DNA of 64,000 nucleotides from Ophelia neglecta (Eukaryota): NCBI GenBank assembly GCA_965285935.1, contig OZ260662.1, positions 35,960,001 to 36,024,000 of the forward strand, read 5' to 3'. Shown piece by piece: positions 14,067 to 26,719 of this stretch (position 1 is its first letter; each line of letters starts with the position of its first letter). The notes under the pieces were generated by a model. It saw only the letters and a program-made list of their open reading frames with translations, ran no database searches and was not told where the DNA came from. The position numbers and the translations under genes were made by a program.

Positions 14067-16057
14067 CTCAGCCTTTAGGACGATAACTGACTGTGCAATA
14101 TGATGACAAGGTTCTGAAAAAGAGTAAGAGATTGTCCAATCGGCTTACGAATCCATCACGTTTTTCCCAAAAATAATGAGCTGTATGTGTAGGATTACTC
14201 TGTGGTGTAATGAAACTGCCTAGATGTGAATGGGATTAACAGAGAATAAAACAAGGCTTATATATATGAACAACATGTAGGCCCAATTGTAATGTGAAAA
14301 TATGTTTTCTTAAACTAAGTTAAAGGGGTGGTATTGTAAAAGCATTTTATATGAATAAATTAATAACACATAGTAGGTTGAGCAACATCACAGATCACTG
14401 ACAAGCGTTACCACAAGTGATATAGAACCGCAGTCGAGACTGATAAAAAACACTATAGCTTGTTATTAGTAATATCCAAATAAACATATTTCTTTAAAAA
14501 AAACACATTGATAGTAGGCTCGTATTGTTCGATAATAAACAAGGAGCTAATTCTTGTCCAGTATGATTATGTGTGTATTGGGGAGGGCAACTGCTGGAGA
14601 CATCTGGCACTCTACAAGTGCCCATCACCCCCTCCCCCACCCACTCTCAATACTCTAGTCCACTTTCTAAAATTGAAAGTTTGCATGAGGACTATGATGT
14701 TCAGTAAGAGGTCAATGATGTTCAGTAAGAGGTCAACACACGCATGAAAACAGTTGTTTCGCAGACACTTTTCCTTGTTCCGGGAAAAAGACATTCTTGA
14801 CAGTTGTGCGTAGTCCTCATAACAAGTATGAGGCACCAATCTTTGATGCTATTGTTTTAATTCTGTTACTCTAACTTTGCAGGGCAGCACCACAACAGGC
14901 TCACAGAAGGTGCTTGCCACGTCAACCAGAAGCACAAAAGCGACATAATACAAACATGTACATCTAGGAAAATGTTTGCTGCATGTAGCCAAGCAGGTAT
15001 ATGCTGTTTTCTGACATCTTACTTCAATTCCTTTGTAAAAAAGGATATTTTTATAATTACCGGCTATTCTTCACTTACCTCTTGCTTTCAAAACTCGCTC
15101 AGGACAGCACTGACGTCTAATTCTATGTATGGGCTGGTAAATGACAAACGAGGCAAGCCTTGATTGGATTTATAGCCCAACCCGGTCTAGTTTATTTCAA
15201 TATAATTACGCATTTTATCTAGGTACGTCTGCTTTGAAATTTGAAACTTACATGTTTGAATAGAAAACTGTAGATTTATCACATAGATATTGTACGATGG
15301 AGCCTGGTCCGAATATTTAATCAAGTTAATGTAGCTGTCTCAATGTTTTTAATCATCGTAAATTTTATCATCCTGAGCTGCTACATGATTAGCTGCAAGA
15401 CAGCATGATCAGTTTGTTTTCCATTTTTTGAGTTGCAATGTATATTTTAAGCCATCAACTGTTGAGATGTTAAAATACATTTGCGCCTGAGAATATAAGG
15501 GTATTAGAATAACTTTGTACTTTGTTATGGTTGCTTTGACACACTTATTGAGGAGAAGCACGCAAATATGTCTAATTCAGCAATGGGGTTAAACCCCTGT
15601 GGTATAATTACGTCCAGTAGGCCTATACCCTTCATACTAGGGACAGAGAGGCACGTCGCTTTTCGTCCTAACTTACGTCAAGTCCTGGGTTAGATTTTTT
15701 GAAATTTGAAATAAAGTCACTTCTGGCCCTGACTAGCCAATGTGATCCGAGTCCTGAGCTGGCATTTTACAACAGAAATGTCGTCTGAACATATACAAAG
15801 CTGCCTTGATGTCAGTTGTTCTGTCGGCAGCCACAGGCAATTCAGAAACCAATATACTTTTTTTGTTATGACTAGAAACTATTGAAGTGAGCACCAGATA
15901 TTGGCAATGTCTAGCGGCACACCGTCAACTCCGAGTTCTCTAGCTCTTTCCTTAAGCCGATTGCTAAATGTCTTTGTCAATACTGCTGTGGAACGTTTAT
16001 AAAGTGAGATGTATGTGTAAATTATTTATGTTTTATGTTGCGCCAAGCCATACGATT

Positions 16058-16174
16058 TAAGTGAGAGATAGTGTTCGAGGCTCCAGGGTTATTCATAATA
16101 AAGTGCGACAGGGCGCAGCCCTGGAGCACTTTATTAGGAATGACCCTGGAGCCTCGAACACTATCTCTCACTTA
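16058..16174. repeat. 117-bp near-perfect palindrome (DNA hairpin)
   Basis: 49-bp arms TAAGTGAGAGATAGTGTTCGAGGCTCCAGGGT.ATTC.TAATAAAGTGC with 2 mismatches, then a GA/GA mismatch, a 6-bp stem CAGGGC/GCCCTG and a GCA loop. Confidence 0.95.
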
Positions 16175-17732
16175 GTATAAACGTTTAAATAGATTTTGTT
16201 GGAATAATTATAAACCAGACAGTTGGCCAATGTGACCAAAATCCTAGACTGTGCTGCAGACACTGTCTGCTCCGCCCCTAGGTGGTCATTCGCTGGACAC
16301 TCGTCTGGCAATAAATGGACTGATATACAGGCCTAGTGATTTGATGTACAAAATTAATTATGCAGTGAACCTGTGTCCACAAGTAAGGCTAGGTATGCTT
16401 GATATGGTCCTGCTTCAAACAGGCGGGGCCCTGGCCATGAATTTAATTAACACAAATCACCTGATAGATTTACCTGCATCTACTAGGTTAGCTAGCCCTC
16501 ACTTGGTTTGCCTCATGGCCCAATATCCATAGGCTATACAGTTGAAATTTATGACAGCAATATGAAGGATACTGGTCTCTCAGATTTAGTGTTTAGCCAA
16601 TTTTGTAGCAACATTGAAAACAATTTGTTTGACGAAGAAACTTCATTAGAATTAAGTCAACTCCCGGTGGAGGAATTGTGCTATACATATATTCACAGGT
16701 ATGCAGTCAGGCAGTCACAGATTGTGCCAGACTATGCAGTCAGGCAGTCACAGATTGTGCCAGACGGTCAAGCCAGACAGTGACTAGACAACCGTCTACT
16801 ACAACATTATCAATAATCTTCTAGAACATTATCGATAATGTTGTAGTAGACAGTTGCCTTCCACCTTCCCCAAAAGAATCTTGACTTGTGACAATAGAAA
16901 CGTATACTAAGTGAGAGATAGTGTTCGAGGCTCCAGGGTCATTCCTAATACATGTACAAAATTAATTATGCAGTGAACCTGTATTAGTATACATTAGTAT
17001 ACGTTTCTATTGTCACAAGTCAAGATTCTTTTGGGGAAGGTGGAAGGCAACTGTCTACTACAACATTATCGATAATGTTCTAGAAGATTATCGATAATGT
17101 TGTAGTAGACGGTTGTCTAGTCACTGTCTGGCTTGACCGTCTGGCACAATCTGTGACTGCCTGACTGCATAGTCTGGCACAATCTGTGACTGCCTGACTG
17201 CATACCTGTGAATATATGTATAGCACAATTCCTCCAACGGGAGTTGACTTAATTCTAATGAAGTTTCTTCGTCAAACAAATTGTTTTCAATGTTGCTACA
17301 AAATTGGCAAAACACTAAATCTGAGAGATCAGTATCCTCCATATTGCTGTCATAAATTTCAACTGTATAGCCTATGGATATTGGGCCATGAGGCAAACCA
17401 AGTGAGGGCTATCTAACCTAGTACATGCAGGTAAATCTATCAGGTGATTTGTGTTAATTAAATTCATGGCCAGGGCCCCGCCTGTTTGAAGCAGGACCAT
17501 ATCAAGCATACCTAGCCTTACTTGTGGACACAGGTTCACTGCATAATTAATTTTGTACATCAAATCACTGGGCCTGTATATCAGTCCATTTATTGCCAGA
17601 CGAGTGTCCAGCGAATGACCACCTAGGGGCGGAGCAGACAGTGTCTGCAGCACAGTCTAGGATTTTGGCCACATTGGCCAACTGTCTGGTTTATAATTAT
17701 TCCAACAAAATCTATTTAAACGTTTATACTAA
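16172..17732. mobile_element. Foldback structure: 739-bp inverted arms (16172-16910 and 16994-17732) around an 83-bp spacer; probably a non-autonomous element
   Basis: The arms are reverse complements with about 9 substitutions by eye, and the ORF track shows mirror ORFs (16251+/17653-, 16508+/17396-). Each arm begins TTAGTATA and ends TATACTAA, and contains an internal hairpin (16794-16851) and a 33-bp tandem duplication. Confidence 0.9.
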
Positions 17733-19479
17733 ATGGCTTTAATTTTGCAAAGTCGATTGTTGATCAGTTTATCATGATGCAATGGAAATGTGTGTGTTGA
17801 ATTACCCACTAACAGGGATTAATTATTACCAGTGCCTGCCCATATGTATAATGCAAAAGTATGTGCAGATTCATATATCATAAATTCATGTCGTATTAAT
17901 TTATAAGCCCAGGTAATGGGAAACAGGTGCAATTGTTTTTATCACGATATGTATTCAACGTGGCTTGTTTGCTATTGCCTTGCACAATGAATCCAACTTA
18001 CAAAAGTACAAAACTGGAAGATTTAAATATTCTTTTTACACACATAAACAATATTTTGAGTGCGCGTCTCTGAACTATGATACATTAAGCAAATCGTCAC
18101 ACAAATTTCATAAAGCCAAACAAGCGATTGGGCGAATTTAAGACCGTGATTACGCCGACCAGTCGGCTATCAACATCAAGCGCGCTTATACGTAAAATAT
18201 ATATAATACTTGTATCCATTATGAAATCTAATAAAGTTGGCTCGAGATCATTGACAAGGGAGGAGGAGAAACATGGTGAGCGAAAAATATAATAACTGTC
18301 GACATTAGTTGTGTCACTCTTTCAAACGTTTTACTATATGTTTGTTTATATGTACATGTATAGATATGTGTGCGTCTGCCTGCCTTCTTCGCCGATATCC
18401 ATTACAACATTTAATGTATTATTCCATCCAGGTACTTATGCATACTTTTTACAAAACGATTTTAAACCAGAATGTCTAGGTTTTAGAGTCAGACGCTGGC
18501 TTTATAGTTCGATTGTCTTGATAGCACACAGTTATGTCTACAATCGAAAATGTATGTTAAATATGAGCAATAGAAAATATTTTTCAGCCATTATATTGTT
18601 TTGGTGTTGAATATTTTTAATTAATAAGCTTGTCTGGATAGTCACAGCTTGTTGTCTTTTAGGTCATGCACATATATGGGTTCAAAGCTGCCGTAATAAT
18701 GCCCTTTAGGTTTAAGTAAACATTTTTAAAAATTATTCATAAACGTTTTCATGTGTTTTGTCTAAATGAAATATAGATCCAACAGTTCAAGTCCGTGTCC
18801 TATATCTTGAAATAAAAGGATGTATCACCTATTTCAAGCTTATGTGTCGTCCATACTTCAGTCAATAGTTACAAAGATAGCAACGAACACTATTTGCAAA
18901 TGAACCATGGAATCACTCAAATCAGCCCCATTCTAATTTGGGTATTTATATCATGGGTCATTGTTTAAGTAAATTTTCGACGAAGTTCAACCTCTGTAAA
19001 ACGCATTCACCTCTTAAAATTTTAATCTCAATCATTTTGATATTCGAGACAGTTCTCTGGATAATGTTCTGCTAGTATATTGGAAAGTGGGCCCGGACCA
19101 GGGCCTATTTATGGACCCACGCAAGGTGGTTTCAGAGGGTTGGTAACGGGAAAAATCCAGACATTTGCCAACTGTTGACAAATTTGTTGGCAACAAATCA
19201 TAAGTCAGCCTTGGAAAACTTGCCCCCCGTCACTTGCTGAGATCCTGGATTCTGGCCAATCATGGAGGCAGACTTTCTTTGCAAATCTGCCTATATTAAA
19301 TGTTTAAACAAATCATTTCACTACGGGATCCAGTTTCCAAACTAAATATCAGATTACCATTCTGGATTAGGCCTAATACAGGCAAATTCTAATTGTGATG
19401 CTTGTAGAACATTGTACTCAGATTGAACCAAATAGTGATTGTATGTGAGGGTACAAAAAATGTCATATAAAATTAAAAA

Positions 19480-20345
19480 GGTTACATACTTGAGCAATCC
19501 CTTTGTGCCTTCATGGTAGGGTAGGATTGAAATAAAAGATTTATTGCAAACACATTCCTAAACACAGTAGGCAAAATACTATGCTTGAATTTTCTGACTT
19601 TTGCATATAAACGCCATATATAATATATTGGTTGGCTCCTCCCTATATTTTCTACATAATAGAATATGTGAGGGTGCAAAATAAACTGTTATATAAAGTT
19701 AGAATTAATAGCTTGAGCAATCTCTTTGCTTTGAAAAATGGCACAAATATTGTTTTTCTTGACACCTGCAAACATTGAAGATTTAAAATATTATCTCTAG
19801 AGGCCTTTACCATTTATCTATATCTAAATATATAGTAATGCGTTTTCTTGATAATAATCACGCTATATTATTTTCCGGGCAAGTATATATTAGGAAGTCA
19901 CCTTATTTACCAATTCATTCCCAAAATCATTCACATATATTAACCAAAACAAATATAGGACCCTGCGGAAAAAGCGTATATAGGTTCATACTCATTGAAA
20001 GAGACATACTGTTGTCTGCTGTGCTAATAGCTAGCTTATAAACGAACCATGTGCAAAACATCTGACCCCAGATCTATATAATTTATCCAAAAGAATAGTA
20101 CGAGCCACCGTAGGAAAAGCCTTGCTATAGTGAAAAAATATCCCAAGTACCATATCACCATTTTTATTTATAAAGATAGGAGTGTTATATGGCAGAACAC
20201 TTAATGACATATTCAGTTTAGTGCTATGTTTCTCCCGAAAGCCGAACTGATATATTTTATAAATAACATTGTCATTCACAAAAAATGACAATTTATCACA
20301 CCCTCTGAAATCTTAGGGTGTAATGGCAGAACCGACCGAGACTTA
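19480..20345 (-). mobile_element. Degenerate CR1/L2-clade LINE reverse transcriptase relic
   Basis: SVLPLHPKISE, YQFGFREKHST, VLGIFFHYSKAFPTV..ILLDKL..GVR, PQG and the C-terminal KFKHSILPTVFRNVF match LINE ORF2 motifs, broken by frameshifts and stops. Confidence 0.85.
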
Positions 20346-20696
20346 ATAATAACAGCTCGGCTTCTTGGCTCTTAAAAGTTTATTGTGCAAACTTGTGCGC
20401 TGCGCATTTAAGCAAAGTCGTAGCCATTGATAATCCATTGATATGCATTGGTAGATATTAAGTCTTATCTTCAGAAAGCAATTGGAAATAATAAAACAAA
20501 GGAAAAGCTTCAATTTGTTTATTTTCTTTTCCAACCAGTGGATAGCATGCTTATTTTATATTTTCACATTTGAAAAAGTTCAATAAAATGTCCATGAATA
20601 GTTTAACGTTAATAACAGCTAATTTCATATAAATTTTATGCGTCCAAAAGTAAGAGTGTATTGTTATCTAAACTTAGACAATGAAATAGTCAAGAT

Positions 20697-23366
20697 TTAA
20701 TCACTCTCCCAAGAAAACTTGTAGAGATGGCCGCCCGTCATTTTCTGCTGAGCATCCACAATTCTATACATTTTTGTATGGATGCCAAATACCTGAAAGT
20801 ATATTAAAATAGATATAATCATCAAGCTGTTAAAGTTTGCCATGGTCTGACAAAGTTAGACTGACTCTCATATTCTTAGGAAACCAACCGTTGAAATATA
20901 ACCGTTGTTTCTGACAAATTTATGGGCTTCATGTTACTGAATTGACTTATAAATATTCAATGTTTAATAATCATCGTATCTATACCGTGTCAAATGTATT
21001 AACAAGGTACATATTTGCCAAAACACAGGGACATGGCAGTGCTTTTCAAAACAGATATCCGTTACTTACGTTATATATGTCGTTCTAACGCATGGAATGG
21101 CTTTACAATATTGTTCATTTTTTTTAATGTAAATTCAGATTGAAAATTGTGTGTCAGGAAGTGCAGCATGAATCGTCTTTGATTCACATAATTCAGCTAT
21201 TTAAACATCAAAGCCAATTCTAACAACAAAACAAAACCGATCCGAATCACACATATTCTTAAATCTATATTCTAAATAGTAATGCCTTTAATCATTTAAA
21301 GATAATAGCTAAATAAGAATGTTGTTTACCGTTTAAGGACATGGCGACGTTTTATCCTATCCATTAACAGTGTTTAAATTTATGTCAGAGGCAAGCTATA
21401 ACTGTATTTCCAAGATGAAGTAACCCAGAACATGTATAAACCTGTACGAGTATAACACTAATAGGATTAGTAATTTTGTGTATACTGACCTTTGCCTTAT
21501 GAAGCGTCACATCGTTTTGTTCCAATTCGCTTGCTGGAAACGTAGCCCTCACTGGGGTTTGCCCTCCGCTAATTTGAACGAGAGCTCTCCAGTGACTGCT
21601 CCACTTGCTTGACAGTTCTATATCCTTCCACCAGGTAACTCCTCCTCCCAGTCTCAACTCAACCTTGTAAAGATAACGTGATTCTGTATGTAAATGAGCT
21701 ATTTGTACCTAGCAGTATCAGGTTAGTATGTATGTGATATGTTTAAGGACGATTCACCTTTTTTGGCAAAGGAACCTCGGGTTTTAATCAAAATATGTGT
21801 CTAGCCATTGCTTAGATTATCTGAAAATGGCACCTGTGCCATTTTTCAATCGTTTCGGAGTTAAAGCCATCCATATGAATTTGAGGTAAATCCACTGGCA
21901 ATTTGGTGATAGACAAGCTCGTAACTCGTGGTTAAGTGGACCACTACATTCACCTTCCTTACAACCCCCTCCCACATAATTCGGCACCCACTCACGTAGA
22001 AACGAACAAATGGCATGGGGCCATACGTTAAACCTGGCAACCATGAACGCTTATTGTCAGCAGTGGTGCGGCATCATAAAATCATAAACAGAAAAATTGG
22101 CTGCCAGTCAGATCTCCTTTTATGTCATCACCAATATCACCAACACTTGGCAGCTTACTGAGCAATTTATTGTATACCATATACACCCGATGGCAAAGTC
22201 ATATGCACAATGAACAGGTGTTGTGAGAAATAAAACACACCCTCATAATGTCATACTTAACAGTAAAATAAATACGTACCGGTGAAATAAATAAATACCG
22301 GCAAACCTGGTTTAAAAGGCAGGTCAGGTTCGGCAACAGAGAAATATAAATAACGGTACTTTGTGGCCCTAGCCCTGGTACTGGTTTCTCTTCTATGTAC
22401 TGATTTATTTTGGGTTTTTAGACGACACAACCGGAGTAGTCAGTTTCTACTAACGCAGATTCATTCTCGCATACACACACTTCTGCACTAAAATGCTTCT
22501 AGAAAGCAGGTGTGGATGTAAGTCATAATGTGGTGGTGTTTCGGGGGGGGGGGTTGTAAGAAGGAAAAATTCAGGACAATGTTGTTTAGGTTGGAGGTAA
22601 TTCTATCAGAGATAGGTTGTTCGTAGATTAATACAATGCTCGGATCGAGTGAGTCAATTATCTGAGGTGACATAATGATCTATATATTATTATTTTGGTT
22701 TTAACACTAAATGGAATGTTTGCCTTTACCCCAATCTTGCTTTTGTCTGCTATGTCCTCTACGGTCACCTTAATGGTATCCCCATCCGGGAGCTGGTCAC
22801 CCCGTAGGAGTTCATTAAGGCTTATTTCATACACTGCATCTGGAAATAATGTGACTTTCTTTAAAACCAAAATAGTGTAGAATACTATAACCACAGTTCA
22901 CAAAGATAACTGCAAGAATTAGCGTGGGACTTATAATTAAAATATATAATAAACTTTTTAAACCTAAGAAAGACGAACATGTTTTTATTGCTGGCCAATT
23001 GCTGGTCCTAATATACAGAATAAGATATCGTAGTCCCGACTATTATGAAGGCTATAGAACTACTACGAGCGAACACCCTGGACTGGCGGGAAATAGGAAT
23101 GACAATCCTAACAACGGCGGGCATATATTGTTTACCGCAATTACAAGCCGGCCTGTTTCTGATATACCGTAGTAATAAGTGGGTTTTACCCGACTCTCTG
23201 TACAGACAGCGGAGATGGCATTGACACGACAACACAGTTATTGTGGCACTAGACTACACCGACGGCATGAATCTGTTTAGTAATTAACAACCATAGAACT
23301 GTACTCACCTGCCAGGCCTGCTGCAACTACTAGCAAAAGTACGCAACTTATCAAACTTCTGTCCAT
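20697..23366 (-). CDS. Unassigned secreted protein, paralogue B (145 aa)
   Basis: Exons 23366-23309, 22839-22730, 21663-21490, 20792-20697: MDRSLISCVLLLVVAAGLADAVYEISLNELLRGDQLPDGDTIKVTVEDIADKSKIGVELRLGGGVTWWKDIELSSKWSSHWRALVQISGGQTPVRATFPASELEQNDVTLHKAKVFGIHTKMYRIVDAQQKMTGGHLYKFSWESD*. About half of the mature residues are identical to paralogue A by hand alignment. Confidence 0.88.
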
Positions 23367-23375
23367 GTTGTCTTT

Positions 23376-26300
23376 CACTACGGAAACTATTAGAGCAATG
23401 TGTAAACTAAAAACAAAGTACAATGAAAATGAGAAATGGTATTTCTTTGATCTACTTGATAGCGATAACAACTGTACCTAGGGATAAAACAATATGCTAT
23501 GAACTGCGTATTATCACTGACTTTGAGATATTTCTGATATCGTAGCAACTTGGTATTAATTTGTTCAATGTATATGTAACATTTTGCAATGCTGACATGC
23601 CTTGGTTCCATTAGAATTCTACCTCTTTTCTGCCCTCACCTTTGTTCTACCTACCTGCTGAGTCTTGATTTTTACAAGTACTGCGCCTTGCTCCCACTAC
23701 GTTTTTGAATATGGTTTAGTAATTGGCAGACAAGGCAAGTGTTGATTGGTGTTATATCCAATTAAAGCCTGTTATCTCTTGAAAATATCATGTCAATATA
23801 ATTCCGTTTTAAACTTAACTTTATCTGATTAGAACATTCGGAAGCTCAAATCCATACCTGGAGAAATAAACAGCAGATGGTTTATAAAATTAGTATTAGG
23901 AATGGACCAAGTACTGAATATTCAACCATTTTTACCTCATCTGATCAAACTTGTTTTGAAGGAAACATCTGTTTCTTTATCAACTTGATGTATAAGGCAT
24001 GATAGGGAAATAGGCATTTTTTAGTTCAGAATATGTTTTGAAATATGCAATTGAAATGCCAAATATTATCTAGTTATTAAATATCTTTACATGGGGACAT
24101 ATTGTTCGTTCAGCTGTTCTTTCCAAGAGTCCAGCATGCATATAAACATGGGAATGCATGGAATAAAGATTAACACTTTTGTCTGCTGAAACACATTTAT
24201 TTGAAAACATTTTCTTAATTGATTACAAATTACAGTAAGGAATCACTGGGCAACGTTTCAGTAATCTGGGGTTCTATACATGTTGCCATGAACTGCATGC
24301 AAGTTGAAATCAACTATTATGCGTCTCCTCTCACCCCCACCGCAAATGATGCATGCCTAGCCACATTTTCTTTGCATATATTAATATTTTGTATCAATAT
24401 CCTTATAACAAAAGAAAGTCTTTTAGTAATGTATTCTCTTAAACAGTTATATGACTAGTTGCTAACGTTAAATTGTGCATTGACAAGTTTGCTGAGGATA
24501 AATTGTAGGCTGCATATTATAGTGTTAATTCTTCCTCTGTGCTTTTTGAAAAAGGTTCGACATCAGATGAGACTGAGCGTGTATAAACAGGTTACTTCGA
24601 AATTCATATCACTAACACAGCCCTGGACTGATTTTCCATGTTTTACTGTAGTGTAACTAAATGTCTACCATTTACATATGTAATTGGATACAGCTGGTTT
24701 TAACTGCAATATTGATTCCTTTTGTCCTTTTTTAACCCTCATACGATATGAACAAGCAACATCCATGGAACTTTTAGGTATTTCTCACACGTATAAGAAT
24801 ACTGCAATATATCTTAATATGAATAAAGAGAATATGTTAGTTCTGGTAATGAAATGTATCCTCTATAGGTAGTTAAAACACAAAGCTACCGAGTTTAAAC
24901 AATAGAAATCGTGGCATACCGGGGTATTGGTACTTCATTAAAGGTTGTTTTATAAAACCATATTGCGTTGACAAGAAGCCTCTTGCTGAAATAAAATGCA
25001 AAATGTGACAAGCACACCCCAAGTATGACTATAGTGACAGGCTACACGGCAAAAGTCAGTTAGCGTAACGGTAATGTAAGCGGTCTACCCTAAAAGAGTG
25101 CAAATGTACGTTAACAAATATATTATTATGTCCTTACACCTTGTAGAACAGGTTCTGTATTTGATTGTACCGTTAGACCAATAAATCGTTGTCATTGTCA
25201 TTGTCATTGTCAGTGAAAAAACATTTAATTCGCAATTAGCGTAGTATTCCCCTAAAGGTTAATAATAACTACATTTCATCGACTTCGATTGTGCTTTTCA
25301 GCATTCAAAAGTTTATGCATTGAGTAGCAATTCAACAATTATACATAGGTCGCCATTACAACTTTCTGTTAATTGGGCCACTTATGGTTAGGCTTTAAAT
25401 GGTTTCGATGCAAGGGTCTGGCCTTCATTCGGCACAAGAATATACAGCGGCATTGGCAATACTTATAATAGATATAACAATACAAATAATTATAATTATT
25501 CCATATTAATTGATTCTTGGCAAAACCATACAATTTAAACTTCATAGCTGTCCTAAAATACATATTAAAGGAAAATATATCTCCAACCCATTCTTTGACA
25601 AATCTATCATAGAATCGTTAGCGTTTGTAAATAAATACAAATCTATAAGCAAAGCCCAACAGTTGGTGCCCATTTCTAATAGTCTTGCGATACACTTAAC
25701 TTCAAAACTGGACACAAATATTGTCGTAGAGAAACACAATTTTCTGGCAAAAGCAACTGCTCTCGGTATGCAAATTTGTTCCAAAATTCTTATTCATAGA
25801 TAAACAGATACACTTCTGCGACAAAAAAAATTAATACTGGGCCCAATAGGAATAAAAATAGTTTGGCGAAATATTTCAATCGACCCATCGACCAACATCT
25901 TTTCGATGAAGATGTAAAGGGTTTGGATAAACTGGGATAAACACCATGTGTGGTAACCTTGACAATTGTGTATTGCCTACAATAATTGGAAAGGAGCCAG
26001 TAGCAATGATCTACTGGAAGACACTTACTCGCAGTACAACTGGTTAGGGAAACGAATCACTTTGTTTTCCTTCCCAAACCAATAAGCCGCCCGAGAGGGT
26101 TCCCTATGAATTCAAAACCCTCTGTGCCTTATAATACTCTGCTTTATCCGATAAAGCAACCTTGAAGCACATCACTGACCAGGATTAAGAGTTAAGACAA
26201 AAACCAGACTTAAACTGTTTCCAGCGACACTAAGGGAAACCGAATACAGTTTATATAACAAAATTTAAGTATCTTACAATTTAATACATGTTGATATTTT

Positions 26301-26468
26301 TAATCATAAAATTTTAATCGATTATCCACTGGATAAACCAAGTTGAACAGTGACTTAAATGGACGTAAATGTACATTTATTTTCATTCCATGCCATTTAG
26401 GCTGTTCCTTTCTATTATTTTTATTGAAATCAAACTGCATAAGGGAATCACTTGATTTTGCCACTACT
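23376..26468. repeat. Large inverted duplication, left arm (~3.1 kb)
   Basis: Reverse complement of 28162-31294. Mirror ORFs appear in the track (23611-/31059+, 25510+/29119-, 25563-/29066+), with scattered substitutions and small indels. Confidence 0.95.
25575..25981 (-). mobile_element. Penelope-like retroelement RT relic (left-arm copy)
   Basis: Mirror of 28648-29050; contains MGTNCWALLIDLYLF. Confidence 0.7.
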
Positions 26469-26719
26469 CATATTTTTAACATTTGCCATTAGCGCAGGGT
26501 ATTACTACTGTTGTCACACGTTTTAAGTAAATAATGAGGTTATCACATATGGAGTCCATACCAGTTTGAGAAGGAAGGTGTTCCGCCAAACCACCTGGAT
26601 TCCAATGGGACAAACTGTGCCACTTGATTCTCAGATTTGTAATTATTCGTCGATTCATGACTAATTTGCTACGGGATAAGTTGGACGTAGCCGCTGTTTA
26701 TAAATTTCGGCATAATTGA

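Noticed and set aside
16251-17653. Four 91-93 aa ORFs as genes
   Set aside because: They are mirror images produced by the foldback and start at non-ATG codons. An acidic stretch (DLVFSQF..NLFDEE) could be a transposon-protein N-terminus but is too short to call.
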